Shown piece after piece: positions 36,053 to 50,645 of a stretch of 64,000 nucleotides of DNA (within the stretch, counting starts at the first letter, position 1; each line of letters begins with the position of its first letter). The stretch lies in the NCBI GenBank assembly GCA_023920165.1, contig CP089277.1, positions 496,001 through 560,000 of the forward strand, in the 5' to 3' direction. Origin of the DNA: Curvularia clavata (Eukaryota). The notes below the pieces were generated by a model. The model did not search any database and was not told the DNA's origin. It saw nothing but the letters and a program-made list of their open reading frames with translations. A program made the translations under genes and the position numbers.

Positions 36053-37578
36053 CTACCAGTGGCAAATACCCCCCTCACTATCATCCACACTCCACGTACC
36101 CGCCAGTCCCACAACCTCAACCTCTCCACCAAACTTCTCCGCTACCTTGCCCAGCTGCACAACGCCATCGTCTGCACCAAACGAAACGCTGCCAATATCT
36201 GCTGGGCCGTTATTAAGCAGGCGTTTAGCCCAAGCATCGATAGCCGGCTCGCCCGTCTCGTCTCTCGCCTGCTTGAGGAAAGGAATTAGCGCCGTTCCGC
36301 CAGTACCTCTGAGCTTCTTGCTACCAGTGCGGGCGACGGTGTTGGCGAGATTGACGCGCTGAGTGGTTGCTTGCTTGGGGGATAGCGAGCGAGAGTGCGA
36401 GCGCGACTCGCGGGATTTGATGATGATGTAGCGCGAGACGAGCTGGATGTGCTTGTCTCGCAGGGCCCGGAGCATGGCTAAGCAGGCATCGTAGGCGGTT
36501 GTCAAAGCGCGGTTGCGTCGGTTCGATGTGACGTATTCCCGGATGTTGGCGATGCTCTCCATGTGCTCGAGGAATCTGCGGTGGGGACCGGGCATGTAGT
36601 TACGCATGTCTTGGATGAAGCCGTGGGATGGACCAGATGATGCTGGGGTATTTGACTCTGGTCGCTTCTCGCCTGTTGGCCGGTGCTCGACGCCCAGGAC
36701 TACGTCGAAGAATTGAATGATGGAGCTCTGGGCGTTGCTGCCACCACTGAATTGCACATAGGGTTGCTGGCCGGTGCCATCGTCGAACATGACTCCGTTT
36801 GGCAGTCCAGCGTCAGCCATGTTCTTACTTCCTGCAAGGAATGGTCGGATGCGGTGGTAGAATACGTGGGGATCACAGCTCTCGTACATGCGCTCTAAGA
36901 GCGAACCAATCTCGTCCAACCTCTCGGCAAACGATCTCAGACACTGTATCACGGTGTTGCTGTCGTTTCGCCGAGCGGCTGCAATGGCATCAATCATCAT
37001 CGGGATGATGGGGCCGGCTCTGGCTTCAATTGCCACGGAGACGAGATAGAACCATGATTCGTCCAGCGAGCCGGTAAAAGTCATCTGTGTCGCAAGATTG
37101 TCCAGAGAGTCTGTAGGCTCACCATCAAACAGAGGCCGCCAGTTCCACAAGCACACAGCCGCGAAAGTGGCAACTGGCGGTAGCTCCAGGTGGCTGCATG
37201 TTTTCAGAAAGGGTATTGAAATAGATGGCGGCACAATCTATCCAGGCTTGTTAGTGCCGCTACAGCTGAATATACTTAGGAACTTACATCAGCCGGCTTC
37301 TCACCTCCCCAGATATATCCATGCGCAATGAATCCGAGAATGGAATATGCTCGCCGCCACTCAGCCTCAGTGAGAAGAAGATCCGTCTCAAGCACGGGCA
37401 GAGCATCGACTATCCTGCGTAACCGCTTGGCGAGAATCAGGCTCTGAAAGTTGCGAACGACAGTCTCCCAAGGTTGGTAGTACCGATCTGGCAAGACGTC
37501 GAGTGGGACCTCATCGGGCAGGAAGCCATTCCGAGCCGACACGTCGTAGTCACTAAGTCGAGGCAGATCTGGAAGCAT
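36053..37578 (-). CDS. IDO: Indoleamine 2,3-dioxygenase; one intron at about 37240-37288
   Basis: NGFLP, DESWFYLVSVAIEA, FYHRIRPFL, GGSNAQSS, MRNYMPGPHRRFL, HIQLVSRYII and GTGGTALIPFLK motifs. Confidence 0.95.
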
Positions 37579-38947
37579 GGTTTCAATGTTGCAATGGTCG
37601 AATTTTCCAGATTGTACTTTTAGAGTAAAGGTGTTGAAGGGCTCGTCCTAAAATCGGAGTCGGAATTTAGTGTGGACCCTTTGGCAAGGCGAAACGTAGG
37701 TAGATGGACCCCTAAAACGACTATCGCCACGGAGCGTTTTACCCCAGAGAGTAGCGCAGAAAAGCCTCAATTACTGATGCACACGGGCAGAAGGCAAAAA
37801 AATCCGGAGAACGGATGGTTTGGTGGGGAAAAGGAAGAGAGAGAGAAAGAACCGACGCTATTAGGTGGTCGCGTGTGTGGACGAACGGAGATCTAAGCCG
37901 GCTTCGGATGGAGTTGTCTCGGAAAGGGAAGGGACCTAGACGCTTCTCTCTCTCTGGCGTGCTGGCGTGCTGGTATTCTTTGGATTTTGGGTGAAAGGAA
38001 GAACCCTGCATCAACCTAAGACTCTTAAAACTAATTAGGTCACAGGCAAAAGACGTCGAGCTGAGGCGTAAAAAGTAGCAAAAAAGCGTGGTACAAGGGC
38101 GTTGTGGCGTGACAACAGGAAAGAAAGGTAGAGCAAAACAAGCATTATATTTGAGCCTTTTCGGCCGCGGCTGATCGAGCCAAAAGCCCATAACGCAATG
38201 GTGGTGCCATAGGCACACAAGCAGCTAGAACCAGGCCGAAACACGGAATGCTCAGTAATTGCTCATCAAGAGAATTTCTCGTGCCGAATCATCCCCGCAA
38301 TCTGCATTGCGTGGGCGGGTGCCCATTTGTTGGAAGGGGGGTGGGTGGGCAGAGACATTAGCAATCAATTCACACATGAAATCCATGGTTCTACTAGAAG
38401 CGGAGATAGTGCGGTTGGCCGACGGCGGACAACTAGGCGTTAAACCCTCGGCGCTAGTCTGTTTGTGTCTGCCTTGATGGTTTTCTACGGAGGTTGCCGA
38501 ATCAGGTGCTAATGAAAAAAACAGTAGACGGCTGGAATCTATCAAGGGACACGCGACAGGCCTGGTAGTCAGCAGTATCTTTTTTGCCTCAGCCGATGAG
38601 ATCACCACGTAAGCTGTCAATCTTGTCATCGATATCTCATCAGTCCAACCAGCCTTATAGCTTACAATCAGTTCGCCCCCACCCCGCAGAACCCCGTCTA
38701 TTCGCCGACGCTACTGCAGCCGCAGCTGCGAACTAGGATTGTAGATCAGGAACCAAAGTTAAAGCATATGCACATGTACGAACATAAGGATATAGAGAGT
38801 AGTATTCACAGGAAAACTGTGTAGACTCATGCACACAGGCTCGAGCATGAAACGGAATATGCAACTGTCAAAACACTACTGCACAATGATATGCAAGAGC
38901 AGTAGCCTTTTGGCAGCCTACAAATGAAATGACTGAGGAAAGTTCCA

Positions 38948-40442
38948 TTACGCTCGTCCGACTTTGAAACTTAGAATCTACTTTTGTCAGCATACTGTCA
39001 AGTCAATATCCGGGGAGAGAGAGAGGAAAGAAACCTACATCATTCTTGCCCACAGCGACAACGTCGTCCTCAGCGACTCTCCTTCCACCCTCAGTTTCTA
39101 CGTATGCCATGGGCGCATCTCCCATGACCTTCCTGTACACATCGCCTACTGTGCTTCCTTTCTTGACCAACACACAGTCGCGGAAAACTGCTGTCGAGCT
39201 TGCTGATCCACTGGTGTACGTGTGGATATTTCTAACAGGGAAAACCGGCACTAGACCAAGCAGCTCGGCTGCTCTCGATAGCACTTGTACGACACCAGTG
39301 CTGCCGAAGCGATATAGTACCATGTCCTTGAGATTTTCGATTCGAGTCTTGAGCTTCTCGTCGAGCTCCTTTAGTCCGCCGCCATCTGGATCGCCTTGCT
39401 CGATCAAGTCTTCCCTTGTATCGACAAATTCGCTGCCCTCGGTGTATTTTATATAGCCCTGCTTGGCCAGTTTCCTCAAGAAGACTTCTGATATCGCGCT
39501 GCACAGGACTATGCTTTTCGGATCTTGTGTCTTTGCAATCTTTGCAATATTCTTATCCGCGTCTGGATGGTCAATTTTGTTAAGTGCAATGACTGTTGGA
39601 AACTTTTCGTCAGTGAAGGCGTTTACCACACGTTCGATAGTTTCGTCGGACCAGTCCTGAAGGGGTTCCTTGAGGGCCAGCCGGTCGAGGCACCGCGCCA
39701 CCACATTGGCTGTTGATCCGTAACCCGAGAACTGGTTCTGCAGTGTTTCAACGGCTGTCGCCTTGACGGCTATATGTCTCCGCTTGATACTGCCCCACTT
39801 CTCCATTAGGTTGCCTTGAATCCACCGTACGATTTCGCTTCTCAGCCAGACAATATCCTGACTTGGGTCGTACCCTCTTGTGGCCTTGCCCTCGGCATCC
39901 GTTGTCCCGCTGACATCGACTACATGTACCAGCGCATCCGCATGTCGCAAGTCATCCAAGAACCTGTTTCCCAGACCTTTGCCCATATGCGCGCCCGGAA
40001 CAAGTCCCGCTACATCAAGTAGTTCTATTGGCACTGATCGCATCCCCCCATTACAAGCGCCATAATTCGGTTTGCAGCGGTCGGAGAGGTTTAGGCGGGC
40101 GCATGGGCAGGCGATTTGAAGATATCCGATAGCGCGCTGAGGATCAATTGTGGTGAATCTAAAGAACGCCTGTCAGGATATCATGCCACCAGAGCGCCCA
40201 CCGTGGCACGAGGAAGACTTACGGAAAGTTGCCTACTTCTGATCAGCCTAACAAATTTCCTACGTTGTATTTTGGCGATTACGGACCGACTTTGGAGGTA
40301 GCATCTGTTAAGCTGCCGTGGAATACATCTTAGAAAAGGCCAATGAAGGAGGAGGGGCGGAAGCGGGGGCGCACCTGTTGAGGGTAGTCGACTTGCCAGA
40401 CGAGGGCTTCCCTACAAGACCTATAAGCGGATCGCGTGGCAT
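38948..40442 (-). CDS. Obg/YchF-family GTP-binding protein (YGR210C-like), 5 exons including a 10-nt microexon
   Basis: Spliced N-terminus [41 protein letters not shown]; also [21 protein letters not shown] and NKID. Confidence 0.92.
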
Positions 40443-41097
40443 TATGAATGCGTGTAGGAGAAATAACAAGTGGGGTATCAAAGAGGGGTGATTCCTGAGC
40501 GGAAGTGGTGGTGCGAACGTTGAGCCATCGTCAAATTCGTGATGTGCTTATCGATAACGTGCTGACATCACGTCTTCATGTCGGGTGCAATGCTCACAAC
40601 CGCAAGGACCCCCTGAATGGATTGCAACCTTGCGTTAATTAGTGATGGTAATAATATTTGTCGCGAGTAATGAGATAACACGGGCCCGTATATGGATGGC
40701 GATGCAGGACAGGAAATTGACTCATTTGGACTGTAGGCCAGTAATCAACCACCAGTTCCGTACTATTAAAATTCCTAGCTAAATACGTCTATCTTGTGAA
40801 ACGCCTTAAGATGCTAGTCATATCAGGGATTCATCGTTTGCAGCCCTATCCAAAATGCCCATCAATACACCGATGAAAATATGCTCAGTCTGAGACTCTT
40901 TTTCGGGGGTATAAACGTCGCTGAAGGGAAAAACATGAATCTTGAACACCACGCCTGCATATAACTGCAAGGCAAAACAACCCTTTCTTGGTGGCAACAG
41001 GGGACGAGCACCCATGTCAAACAATATAAAAGAGCCCCAACAAATGCCGAGACTGTCGTTGATCTATAGGAGAATATTTCCCGGTTTCGTAAGGTTA

Positions 41098-44000
41098 TTA
41101 GCGCGATTTCTGCAACATGGTTAGCAACTGCAAAGCTCATGGCTATAGCATGTACTTACGAGACTTGCAATGGCCGCCGCTGAGGCGAGATCAGGTTTAC
41201 CAGACACACTTCGCTGCGCAGCTCGCGGTAGACCACTGGCAGAAGGGCCATTGAGCGGGGCCCCGTTTGCAGCGCGCTTAGTGCCAGAACCTCCAGGTGC
41301 AAGTCCCTGGTTAGTAGAATGTCGTCGCTGGGGAGCAGAAGCTTTGACTGGAGAATGGCTGTTAGACACATCGCGTTGTGCGCTAGCAGCAGTCCCATTT
41401 CGGAAGTTGGGAGCTGGTGGTTCAGGTAGTGGTCGGGCGCGCTGCTGGGATGATAATGGAGCAGTCGCGCGCTTCGCGGGCGAGGAGACGCTTGTTGGAG
41501 CGTTGTAAGGACGACGTTGTTGGGGCGCTTTGCGTACACCAGTGATGAACTCATGCTGCATGGCCTCATCAGGCTTCATGCGCCGCTCGGGATCCCATCG
41601 TAGGCATCGGGAGATGAAGTCCAAGAAAGCCTCATCGTCACACTTGAGGGCTTGCTGCAAGGTCTTGGAGCTCGGTCTGCGTCTACGGCCCTTGGAAGAT
41701 ACCGTGACTCGAGGTTTACCCAGCGAGTCAAAGAATAGCTTCTTCCGGCTACTCTTTTCAATCAGATGTTTCTCCGGAGGACCAAAGATTTCCATGATGC
41801 AGGCAAGTTGCTCTTGTTCGTTCTCTCCAGGGAAAATAGGGTAACCCGTGTAGAGCTCGGCAAGGATGCAACCCAAACTCCACATGTCAATCGGCAAACC
41901 ATAGCTCATGCCTAGAATGACCTCAGGGGATCGGTAGAAGCGAGACTGGATGTAGGTGTAAACCTTCTCCGATTCGAAGCAACTGGATCCGAAATCGATG
42001 ACTTTGATTTCCGAGTGCAGAGGGTGTGCCAACAAGATGTTCTCGGGTTTCAGATCGCAGTGAATGACCTTCTGCGCTTTCAGGAGAACAAGCGAGGACA
42101 GCATTTGCTTGCAGAAACGGCGGATCAGGCGCAGCGAGAAGCCCTTGAACTCGTGTGCCTTGATGAACTCGTACAAATTCATACCAAGCAGCTCCGTGGA
42201 GATGCAAAGATGGCCACGGAAGTAGAAGCTTTGCGTAAAATTGATCATACTGTGCTTATTATCGGGGTCCTAAGAACTGTTAGTGGGTCCTTGTACATTC
42301 AACCAGCGCCCACTTACCCATTCGCGGAGCTTCTGCAGAATGTTGACTTCGACCAGAGCTTGCTGGTGGAAGCGCTTCTTGTTACGAATAATCTTGATTG
42401 CCTCGAGGCCTCCCGTCTTGTGGTCTATGCAACGCACAACCTGGCCGAAACTACCTTTGCCTAGCACATCGACCACTTCGTAACGGTAGGCCAGATGATC
42501 TCCTAAGACAATATTATAGTCGCCACGATCATCGTCATATCCGAAGTTGGCAGATTGCGCATTCAGATCGCCCACATGTTTCTTGGCATTCTTAGTGCCA
42601 CAGAAATAGACTTCTTTGTAGTCGATGATCTCGCCTCTTTCAAAGATGTTCAGATTGGCCATGCGCACGGCATCGCTTGGAGTAACACGCTCTTTGGCGG
42701 TAGCGCGCTTGCGGAGCTCATCCACATCGCGTGCAGCATGCTCAAAGTCCTTGCGTTTAGAGGCAAGCTTCTTCATCTCTTCATCGGCCAGCAGATCATC
42801 TCGGTCGAGGTTGGGGTCCAAATTGCGAGCCTTGAGCATGTTGGATGAACTCTTTGTGCCGAGCATTCGTTGCATTGGCGTCAAAATGGATGAGGATTTC
42901 TGTGGCGCCAGGGTAGGACCTTGATCAGTTTGACCAGAAACAGCGCGTGATCCAGCATTGCCCGCGGGCTTACGAGTACCGGCCTTTTCAGCCTCCGTGT
43001 CACTTGCAATTGCATTGTTGGAAGGTTTGCGACGTCCAAAGTCAAGGGATGGTCGGCTGCGATTATTGGCAGGTGTCGGACTTGTAGTGATGGCACCACT
43101 CCATGTAGCAGATGCGGGCATCTTGGGTGGAGGCATACCGCTATGTTTTGGTGGCTGTGGCTGCAGTCTCGCCTCTTCAGCCTTAGGTCCTGGCTTTCGG
43201 ATCTGCGGATTCTGGGATGGGTGATTTGCTGCTTTAGACGACGCTCGTCTCCAGCCACTCAAGCTCAGCTTGCGCCGCAGGGAGGTGGTAGACGATGGTG
43301 TTTCTGGTTCTGTCGAGGTAGATGTCTGCACTGATTCTGCAGTGTTCTTCTTCTGTAACGGCCGTGGGCCCGCAACCATGCTCTGCATTTCCACGTCTTT
43401 ATTTGGAGACTTGTATTCACCGCTTCTACGTGGCTGTAATTGAGTGAACTCCGCACTGCCCTTGGGCAGTGAATTCGATGAGAAAGGTGTCGTTGTTTGT
43501 CGGGTTGGATTCAGGGACGGGACGGGTATGGTACCAATGTCTGGACGTACATCAAGCGGAGACTCGGTTGCGCGCAGGTTAAATGCAGAGCTGCTGCTAC
43601 GCAAATGCCTGTGGTATTCATCCTGATAATTGTGCCTCGAGAAGAAACTGGCTTTGGACGCTGTCATGGGCGTACCAGGTGTCTTGGTGACATGACGTCT
43701 TGGCGGCGGCGTGACATTGCCTTCGTCTGGCTCTTCTGCCGACCCAGGGAGGGATGACAATCGATTGTTGAATGGAGTGCCGAGTGGCAGCAAGTTGAGC
43801 GGTGGCAGTCTGATTGGCTGCAAGTTCTTCTTGCTGGATTGCTGTGCCGTCGGTGCCTTGTCAGGTTCTGGCGTGTTTCCAACGGTCAAGCCCCTCCTGT
43901 GCCTGATAGATCCGGTACTCGATTTAAACACAGGTGGCTCTGCAGTTTCACCTTGGCCAGACCCGGTTTGTTGCATATCCGGTGTTGCTACGGATTCGTG

Positions 44001-45872
44001 AGACACAGGCTGAGGTGTGCTCAGCTTTGGTGGCTGTGCCAAAAAGCCAAAATTGCCCTGTTCTGGATCTTTGGGGGACTCGAATGCTTTCGGAATAGCT
44101 GGCACAGGGGGCACCTCTTCCTGTTCTCCAGTGTTTGTATTCTGTGGGTTTCGCGGCTTTGGTGCAGGTATCCGTAGATTGTTTGGAGCAGGGTTGGCGC
44201 GCAAGGGAATTGAAGAAGGAGGGCCAACTTTGAGCGAATTCAAGCTCGAGTTGGACGAGAGTGAAACACCAGAAGCGTACGACTTGCGCTTCTGCTCAGG
44301 TGTCGCGCGTGCTGAAGAAGGTGTCATGCTGCCTCCGAGCCTCATAGCGGGAGATTGGCTAAAGGCACGCTCGTCAAATGTTGCGTCGCCTTGGGGAGTG
44401 GGGGGACCAACAGGGCCTCCAGGAGGAGGCTGGTTAGGGTTAATGGACAGTCTTCTCAGTCTCCGAGCGTCGGTGGGGCTTATGGTCCTGGCACCCAAGC
44501 CAGATATGTGCGGCGCAGTGGATTGTCGCTTGGTAGCGGACGATGAAGGAGTATGCGACCTTTGGGCGCCAGGAGTGCGACCTGGCGAGCGAGTGGTGTG
44601 CTGAGACATGGAGCCAGGATCGGGAGTCATGGACGAGACAGTGAGGTGGCCCGGTTGCTGTCTTGAAGGTGGCTGTAACGACTTTGCCTTTGCAGTGCGT
44701 GCAGTACTTGTGAGTTTAGGGACTCCAGAGGTTGCACTGTTCAGGTTGGGCATGCCAACCAGGTCGTCGCGCTCAAAGCTGTTGGTGGGCATCATTCCAG
44801 GGCCGACGCTCTTCCGCGGTGGGCGTGCAGCTGGGTTCGGCGGTGCCTGTGAAGGGAACTGGCTCTGACGCCGTGTGCGAATTGTCATGTTGCTTGGGGG
44901 ATGGGGCACAGAGGGCGGGTGTGAGCTAGGTGCAGGCATACCGGCGCTGACCTTTCTGGGTGCCGATTGGCTGAAGCGGTGGGCGAAGGAGCTGCTGCGT
45001 GCAGGGCGGGTTTCGGTGGGGATGCCTGTAAACGTGGGGATAGTGTTGCTGGTGTTGGTGTTGCTGTTGGCAGGGGCCGTAGAGTTGGTGCGGTCGGCAG
45101 GTGCGCCCGTAGTTGCGAAGGTGCCTGGGGCAGGAAAGTCGCTCAGAGCGGGCTCGTAGGTGAGGCTGTTGGCAAGGTCGTCAAAGTTGACCGAGGGCAA
45201 GAAATCGTACGAGACCGGGCCATCGGCGGCAGCGTCGTCGTTTGCGTTATTGGGCTGGGGCTGCTTGGAGAAGCTAAAGCGTGGATTTGAGGGGGCGGCG
45301 CGTGCGGTGGCCTCGGAGCCCACAGAGGGGACGAAGGAAGATGAGGAGCGTCCTTGGGCAGGAGCAGAGGTAACAGCAGCAGCGTGAGCTCCACTGGGAC
45401 CGCTGTAGCCGCTTGTCATCCTGCACAGGTTCACGCGTCAGCTAGGGTGCGCAGGTGTTGCGATGGCATGTTGGAGCCGTGCGTCGTGGGCCTACCTTTG
45501 TTTGGAGAAGTCCTGAGGACGCTCGCGGGGGCCCAGCGGGACTCTGGCCCGTCCGCGTCCGGCAGTGGTAGTGGTGTTTGGATTTGGGAGTGGGCGTGAG
45601 GAGGTGCTGAGGGCATTGGAGGCGCTCGTCTTGCGGAGTCTGCTGCCCTGGTCGCCCGTCTTCTGGAACTTGCGTACACGGTCCTCTGGTCACAAACAGT
45701 GGGTGTCAGCATCATCGACAGGCGCACCGCGCGCTTGGCCTCAAAGTGCTTTTTTCTTACCTGACGAACCGCTTGAGTCGTCTGAGACGGTGGACCCTGA
45801 GCGGTCGGGCACGTCGGCGGAGGCCATGGTTCTGCTAGTAGTAGTAGTAGTCGCTCGCGGCTGCATCGACAT
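41098..45872 (-). CDS. DYRK-family dual-specificity kinase, Pom1/DYRK2-like, multi-exon
   Basis: DH box GYDDDRGDY, GKGSFGQV, HCDLKPEN, DFGSSC and YTYIQSRFYRSPE. Two in-frame 5' introns link ATG 45872/45827 to the long ORF; the last exon encodes KSR*. Confidence 0.92.
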
Positions 45873-46981
45873 GGTCCGCACGCCAGCCCGATGGTGGGAG
45901 CTTGAGCAGTGCTGCTGGCTGTGGGCTCAAAAGAAATTGGGAGATGTGCCTCGCTGGTGTAAATGCGCCGAAATGGTCTCCAAGCGTCAAGCTTGGGCTC
46001 CCAAGTCGACTACTATGCCGACATGTCTAAGGGACCGGCGGCGGCGGTGAAGACAGTGGGCGGCCCGGCAACGAGGGAGAGAGGCGAGTATCCAAGCAGC
46101 TCCCGGGCGAGCAGTCGAAGTGGGATGGACGAGGACCGGCTCTCGAGGCACCAAGGCAGAGGGTGTGGCAGCAACAGCAGCAGCAGCGATAGTAGACGGT
46201 CGTCAAAGTCACAGCGAGACGAGGGTCGGCCGCCCACAAAAGCCACGCTAGGCACTAGGGTTGTCTAGTTGACGACGCCCCTGTCCGTCAGTCGTTAACG
46301 AATGGGGGCACGATGATCAAAACAAGACGCCTCTCCCAGGAAACCAGCGCCCCGACCAGTGGCAGCCCGCCCTCGCTGCCCTCGCTGCCATTGTTTGGCT
46401 GCACAGTCCATGGCTCTCGGGACGTTGTGCACGACCAGCCCAGCGACCGGCCCTCTGTGCCGTGCATGCCGACTCGGCCCTGGCCTGCGCCGTGAATCAG
46501 ATACAACCGCGCGCTGCCACGCGAGGCGCGGGACCCTTTCTGCTGTCTGCTCTGCCCACTCCGCAACGTTGTGCATCCCTGAACACGACGAATCCCACCA
46601 CCAACGTGCACGGGGCGCACGTGTGGGGGAAGCCGGAACGACCAAAACGTGACACGGCGGCCCAGCCCAGCCCAGCGCCACGCTTCACATGCCATGTGCG
46701 TCATCAGCCCGCTGCACCACCACCGCCACCATCTCCATGCCGACCAAACATCTGCCCACCCGCCCCAGACTTTGCGACGGTCGCTAAGAGTACTGCGACT
46801 TGACGCTGCGACTCTGTGCAAGAGCCTGGAGAGAATGACGGCGACGTGAGACCTGGGAATTGCAGCCAGCCCATACCAACCATCCATCATACCGTGGCTC
46901 AGTCCCATGTGACAGGCCTTTCCACGCAGCACTCGGGGCAGTGCCGTATCCTCAGCATCGTCACCATCTCCAGCACTCAAC

Positions 46982-48591
46982 ATGGCGCACGACAACTCGG
47001 AATCCATCGCCAACCGCGATGCGCCCATCCCCGTGGTCCAGGTGCAGCATGCATCAAACGGCGGTACCCCAACAGCCGACAAGGCCTCGTCACGCCGACT
47101 CTCTGCCACCAAGCTCAAGAACAAGCTCGAATCGCTCAGCGACAACATGACCCGCGATTCCAGCAGCAGGATGGGCGACAAGATGATGAATTTGTATGTT
47201 TGCAACAAGCACATCTACAACCCCAGCCTAACTCGTACAGACTGCTCTCGCAGGTCCTTCCATCCGAAGACCTCTCAGACAGCTCGTCTCCAGACCCATA
47301 CTCAACACCAAACAAAAGCATACCGCAGGTCAAAGATCGCCGATCCCGCGCCTATGTCGCCCGACCAAACTTCAGCATCCCCACCATGTCGTCCAACTTC
47401 CGCCGCTTCAACTCGCGTATCGGCGTAGCCTTTGTGGCGCAGAACAGGGCCATACGTCTCTTTACCTGGGTCCAACCTACCCAGACACTTTCCTTCCTCT
47501 TTGTCTGGACATTCGTATGCGTAAATCCTTATCTACTCCCTGTGCTGCCGCTGGCCTGCGGAATGTTCTTCGTCATGGTCCCAGCCTACCTCTCTCGTCA
47601 CCCAGAACCCACCAGCAATGCCATGGACGTGGATGGCGATTTGTGGAGAGGGAGCTTAGGGGGACCGCCATTAGCAGAGGCCAGGACAATCAAACCTGCG
47701 CCTGAATTCAGCAAAGACTTTTTCCGTAACATGCGTGATTTGCAGAATTGCATGGAAGACTTTAGTCGGGGACACGATGCCGTACTAAACTTCTTCACGC
47801 CGCTCACTAACTTCAGCAACGAGAACCTCTCTTCTATGATTTATCTCATTCTGCTCGTCGTTTCTGTGCTCCTGTTCATCAGCGCACACCTGCTCCCATG
47901 GAGAGCCATTTTGCTTGTACTCGGATACGCAGTCACTGCCCTCGGCCACCCCACTGTCCAAGACCTGCTCGCAACCCCAGAAACCGAAAAATTCGTAGCC
48001 GACGTAGAACACGAAAGCCGCTCCTTCCTCCTCTCCATTTCACGTGCAGACATCGAACTCGAAACATCCCATGAGACGCGCGAAGTGGAAATATTCGAGC
48101 TGCAGCACCGGCCACTACACGACGAGCATGGCGAATACGAACCGTTCATCTTCTCGCCCTCGCCCTATGCGCCCCTCTCCCCATCCAGAATCAGCGGCGA
48201 CCGACCCCGCGGCACCCCCTTCTTCGAAGATGTGCTCCCCCCGCGCGGTTGGCGCTGGAGCGACAAGAAATGGACGCTGGACCTGCTCTCGCGCGAATGG
48301 GTCGAAGACCGCTGCGTCACGGGCGTCGAGGTGGAAATTGAAGGCGAGCGATGGGTCACCGACTTGCACTACGAGCTGCTAGAAAGCGAAGATGACAAAG
48401 CCGCGTCGGCAAAGGTGCTGAAGAAGCGTAAGAGTGGTGGGTCAAAGGGCGGAAGCATAGATTTCGCAGAGCAGGAAAAGGAGGTCTTGAGGCGTACGTG
48501 GGAAGAGAGCAAGCCGAGTCGGAAGGGCGAGTGGAGAAGACGGAGATGGGTGAGGGGAGTGGAGAGGATGCCGTGGAAGCAGGGGCAGTAG
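46982..48591 (+). CDS. Pex24p-family integral membrane peroxin (Pex28/29-like, dysferlin-like C-terminus); intron 47194-47240
   Basis: MSSNFRRFNSRIG, FFRNMRDLQNCMEDF, TM segments, VEIFELQ and WRRRRWVR. Confidence 0.85.
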
Positions 48592-48872
48592 AACATGCCC
48601 TCTGTACTATCCCTCTTGATTTACATAAAGAGAAGAGAGAAGACACCCCTCTTAAATCAACTTGTAGCGTTTGAAGTCCCAGCCGTGCCTGTTCAAAAGA
48701 GCTCTAGACGATGCGCATCGATCCAACGACCATGGGTTGTATTCATTTTTTCCATCAACGCCGCCCATGTGTGAAAAGCTCAAAGTAGGGTACTCCCACT
48801 ATACCATCCAATTGACGCCGCCGACGCCCCAAATCGCTCAAGTCTATATACATTTCAAGCTCTCCTTCCCTT

Positions 48873-50423
48873 CTACCCCACTCTCCTATCCTCCGCCTCA
48901 TCCGTCGGCACCGTCTCCTTTGTCAGATAATCCGCATCCTCGGCCTCTTCGTACTCGGCAATGAGGCCCTGGACAACCTCCTTTGCCTCGTCAAACTCGC
49001 CTAGCCCGTCTTTAAAGGGCACCTCGCGCTTGTAGCTTTCGAGGAAGGCGTTGCGTTTGCGGAGGGTAGAGTACTGTGCTACTATGCGCTTGAAGAGGGT
49101 GGCGATGCCCGTGTGGTTCGCGAGCATGAGGCCGGATACGCGGTGGGATGAGGTTACGTAGGGAGACTTCTTGGTCAGTGCGACTTGGATGGAGGCAGGG
49201 CCCCAGGGGATGAAGGTTGCGAGGCGGCGCTCGCGAATGCGCATGAGGGATTTATGTACCTGTTTTGCCAAGTCAGTGAGGTTGGTTTACAAGAGCAGTC
49301 ATAGGTAACAACGTACGTCTGAGGGATCTGCTTCTCCTTGGATAATGTTCAAAATGGACATGTAGCAGCTCTTCTTTGTAGGATTTGTCGAGACCATGCG
49401 ATTCTTAGGCTGCAATAGGCGCCTCATGACATCCAAGACGGTCGTCTTACGAACAGTCTTCGCCTGCTCTACGTTCTCGCCAGAGAAGGGTGTGTAAGAC
49501 GTCATCAAGAAATGACAGCGCGGCGTGGGAATGAGCGAGGCGACAATACCGACCAGGTCGTTGTGCATGTAGCCAGGGTACCGGAGTGTGGTGGTGCTGG
49601 CTGACATGACGGTCGAGACGAGCTGGTTTGTCTGTTCGAATGAGGGGTTCATGACATGTAGGCGGTCGGCAGCAATTCTGGTGAGGGCTCCATTGTCGAG
49701 GACGACCTGTATAGTTAGCACGAGAGTTCACAGTGGCTGTCGGCTGCTCTATCTCTACTTACCACTGAATCTGCATTCTGGGTCAAGCGCCTCATACTCA
49801 GCAAACTGTTGTACGGCTGCACCACAATATCGCCGTCTTGTGTGTTGGGAAATACGCTGTATGTCTGTATCAGCTTTTTGGGAAATCGGTCATTCAAGCG
49901 TTCAAGCATGTATGAGCCGAGACCAGAACCAGTGCCACCAGCAATGGAGTGCAGCATCATGAAGCCCTCGAGCGAGTCTGAGCCGTCGGCTTCGCGGTCA
50001 ATCATATCCAGGATATCCTCGTGCACTTGCTCGCCCATGCTGTATCCCATGCCCCAGTTGTTTCCCGCGCCAGTGCCATCTTTGTGGATATAGAAGTTCT
50101 CGGGGTTGTAAATGTTCTTGTACGGGCTCGCCTGAATCGAGTGCAGCACTCTGGGCTCGAGATCCAGCAGGATGGCGCGGGGGATGTAGCGCGTGTCGTC
50201 TGACTGATAGAAGAATACGTCTTTGCGGTCGCCGCCCTCTGTCGCAAAGTCCTCAAGGTTACCATCCTTGTTGATGCCATGTTCCTGGCAGAGCTGCTGC
50301 CAGAACTGCTGCCCGACGCTGTTGCCGCACTGGCCGGCCTGCAATGTTATGATCTCCCTGGTGCAACAAGTCAGATCCAGTTGGTGCGCTCCATAGCATG
50401 TGTTGGTAGACGTACCTGGGCAT
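48873..50423 (-). CDS. TUB4: Gamma-tubulin, 4 exons
   Basis: [31 protein letters not shown] and [10 protein letters not shown] motifs. Confidence 0.97.
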
Positions 50424-50645
50424 GGTTTTGTTGGTCAACAGTGTGGTGGCTTGCCAACGCGCCCTGGCGGGGTTCACGCGTCGAGTCGCTAGGTTGATGT
50501 TTGGACCCTGCCGTCATGGCTCCAGACAAAGCCACGCATCGACGTCGCCATTGAACTCAACACTGCTGCAACAACATCGAAAACAAAAAAGAATACAAGA
50601 CTTGTTTCAGCATGTTTGCATTACTATCTGCTCATTCGCTGTTCT

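Noticed and set aside
46288..47214. 308-aa minus-strand ORF in the kinase/peroxin divergent region
   Set aside because: Antisense to the peroxin 5' region, GC-rich and without recognisable motifs.
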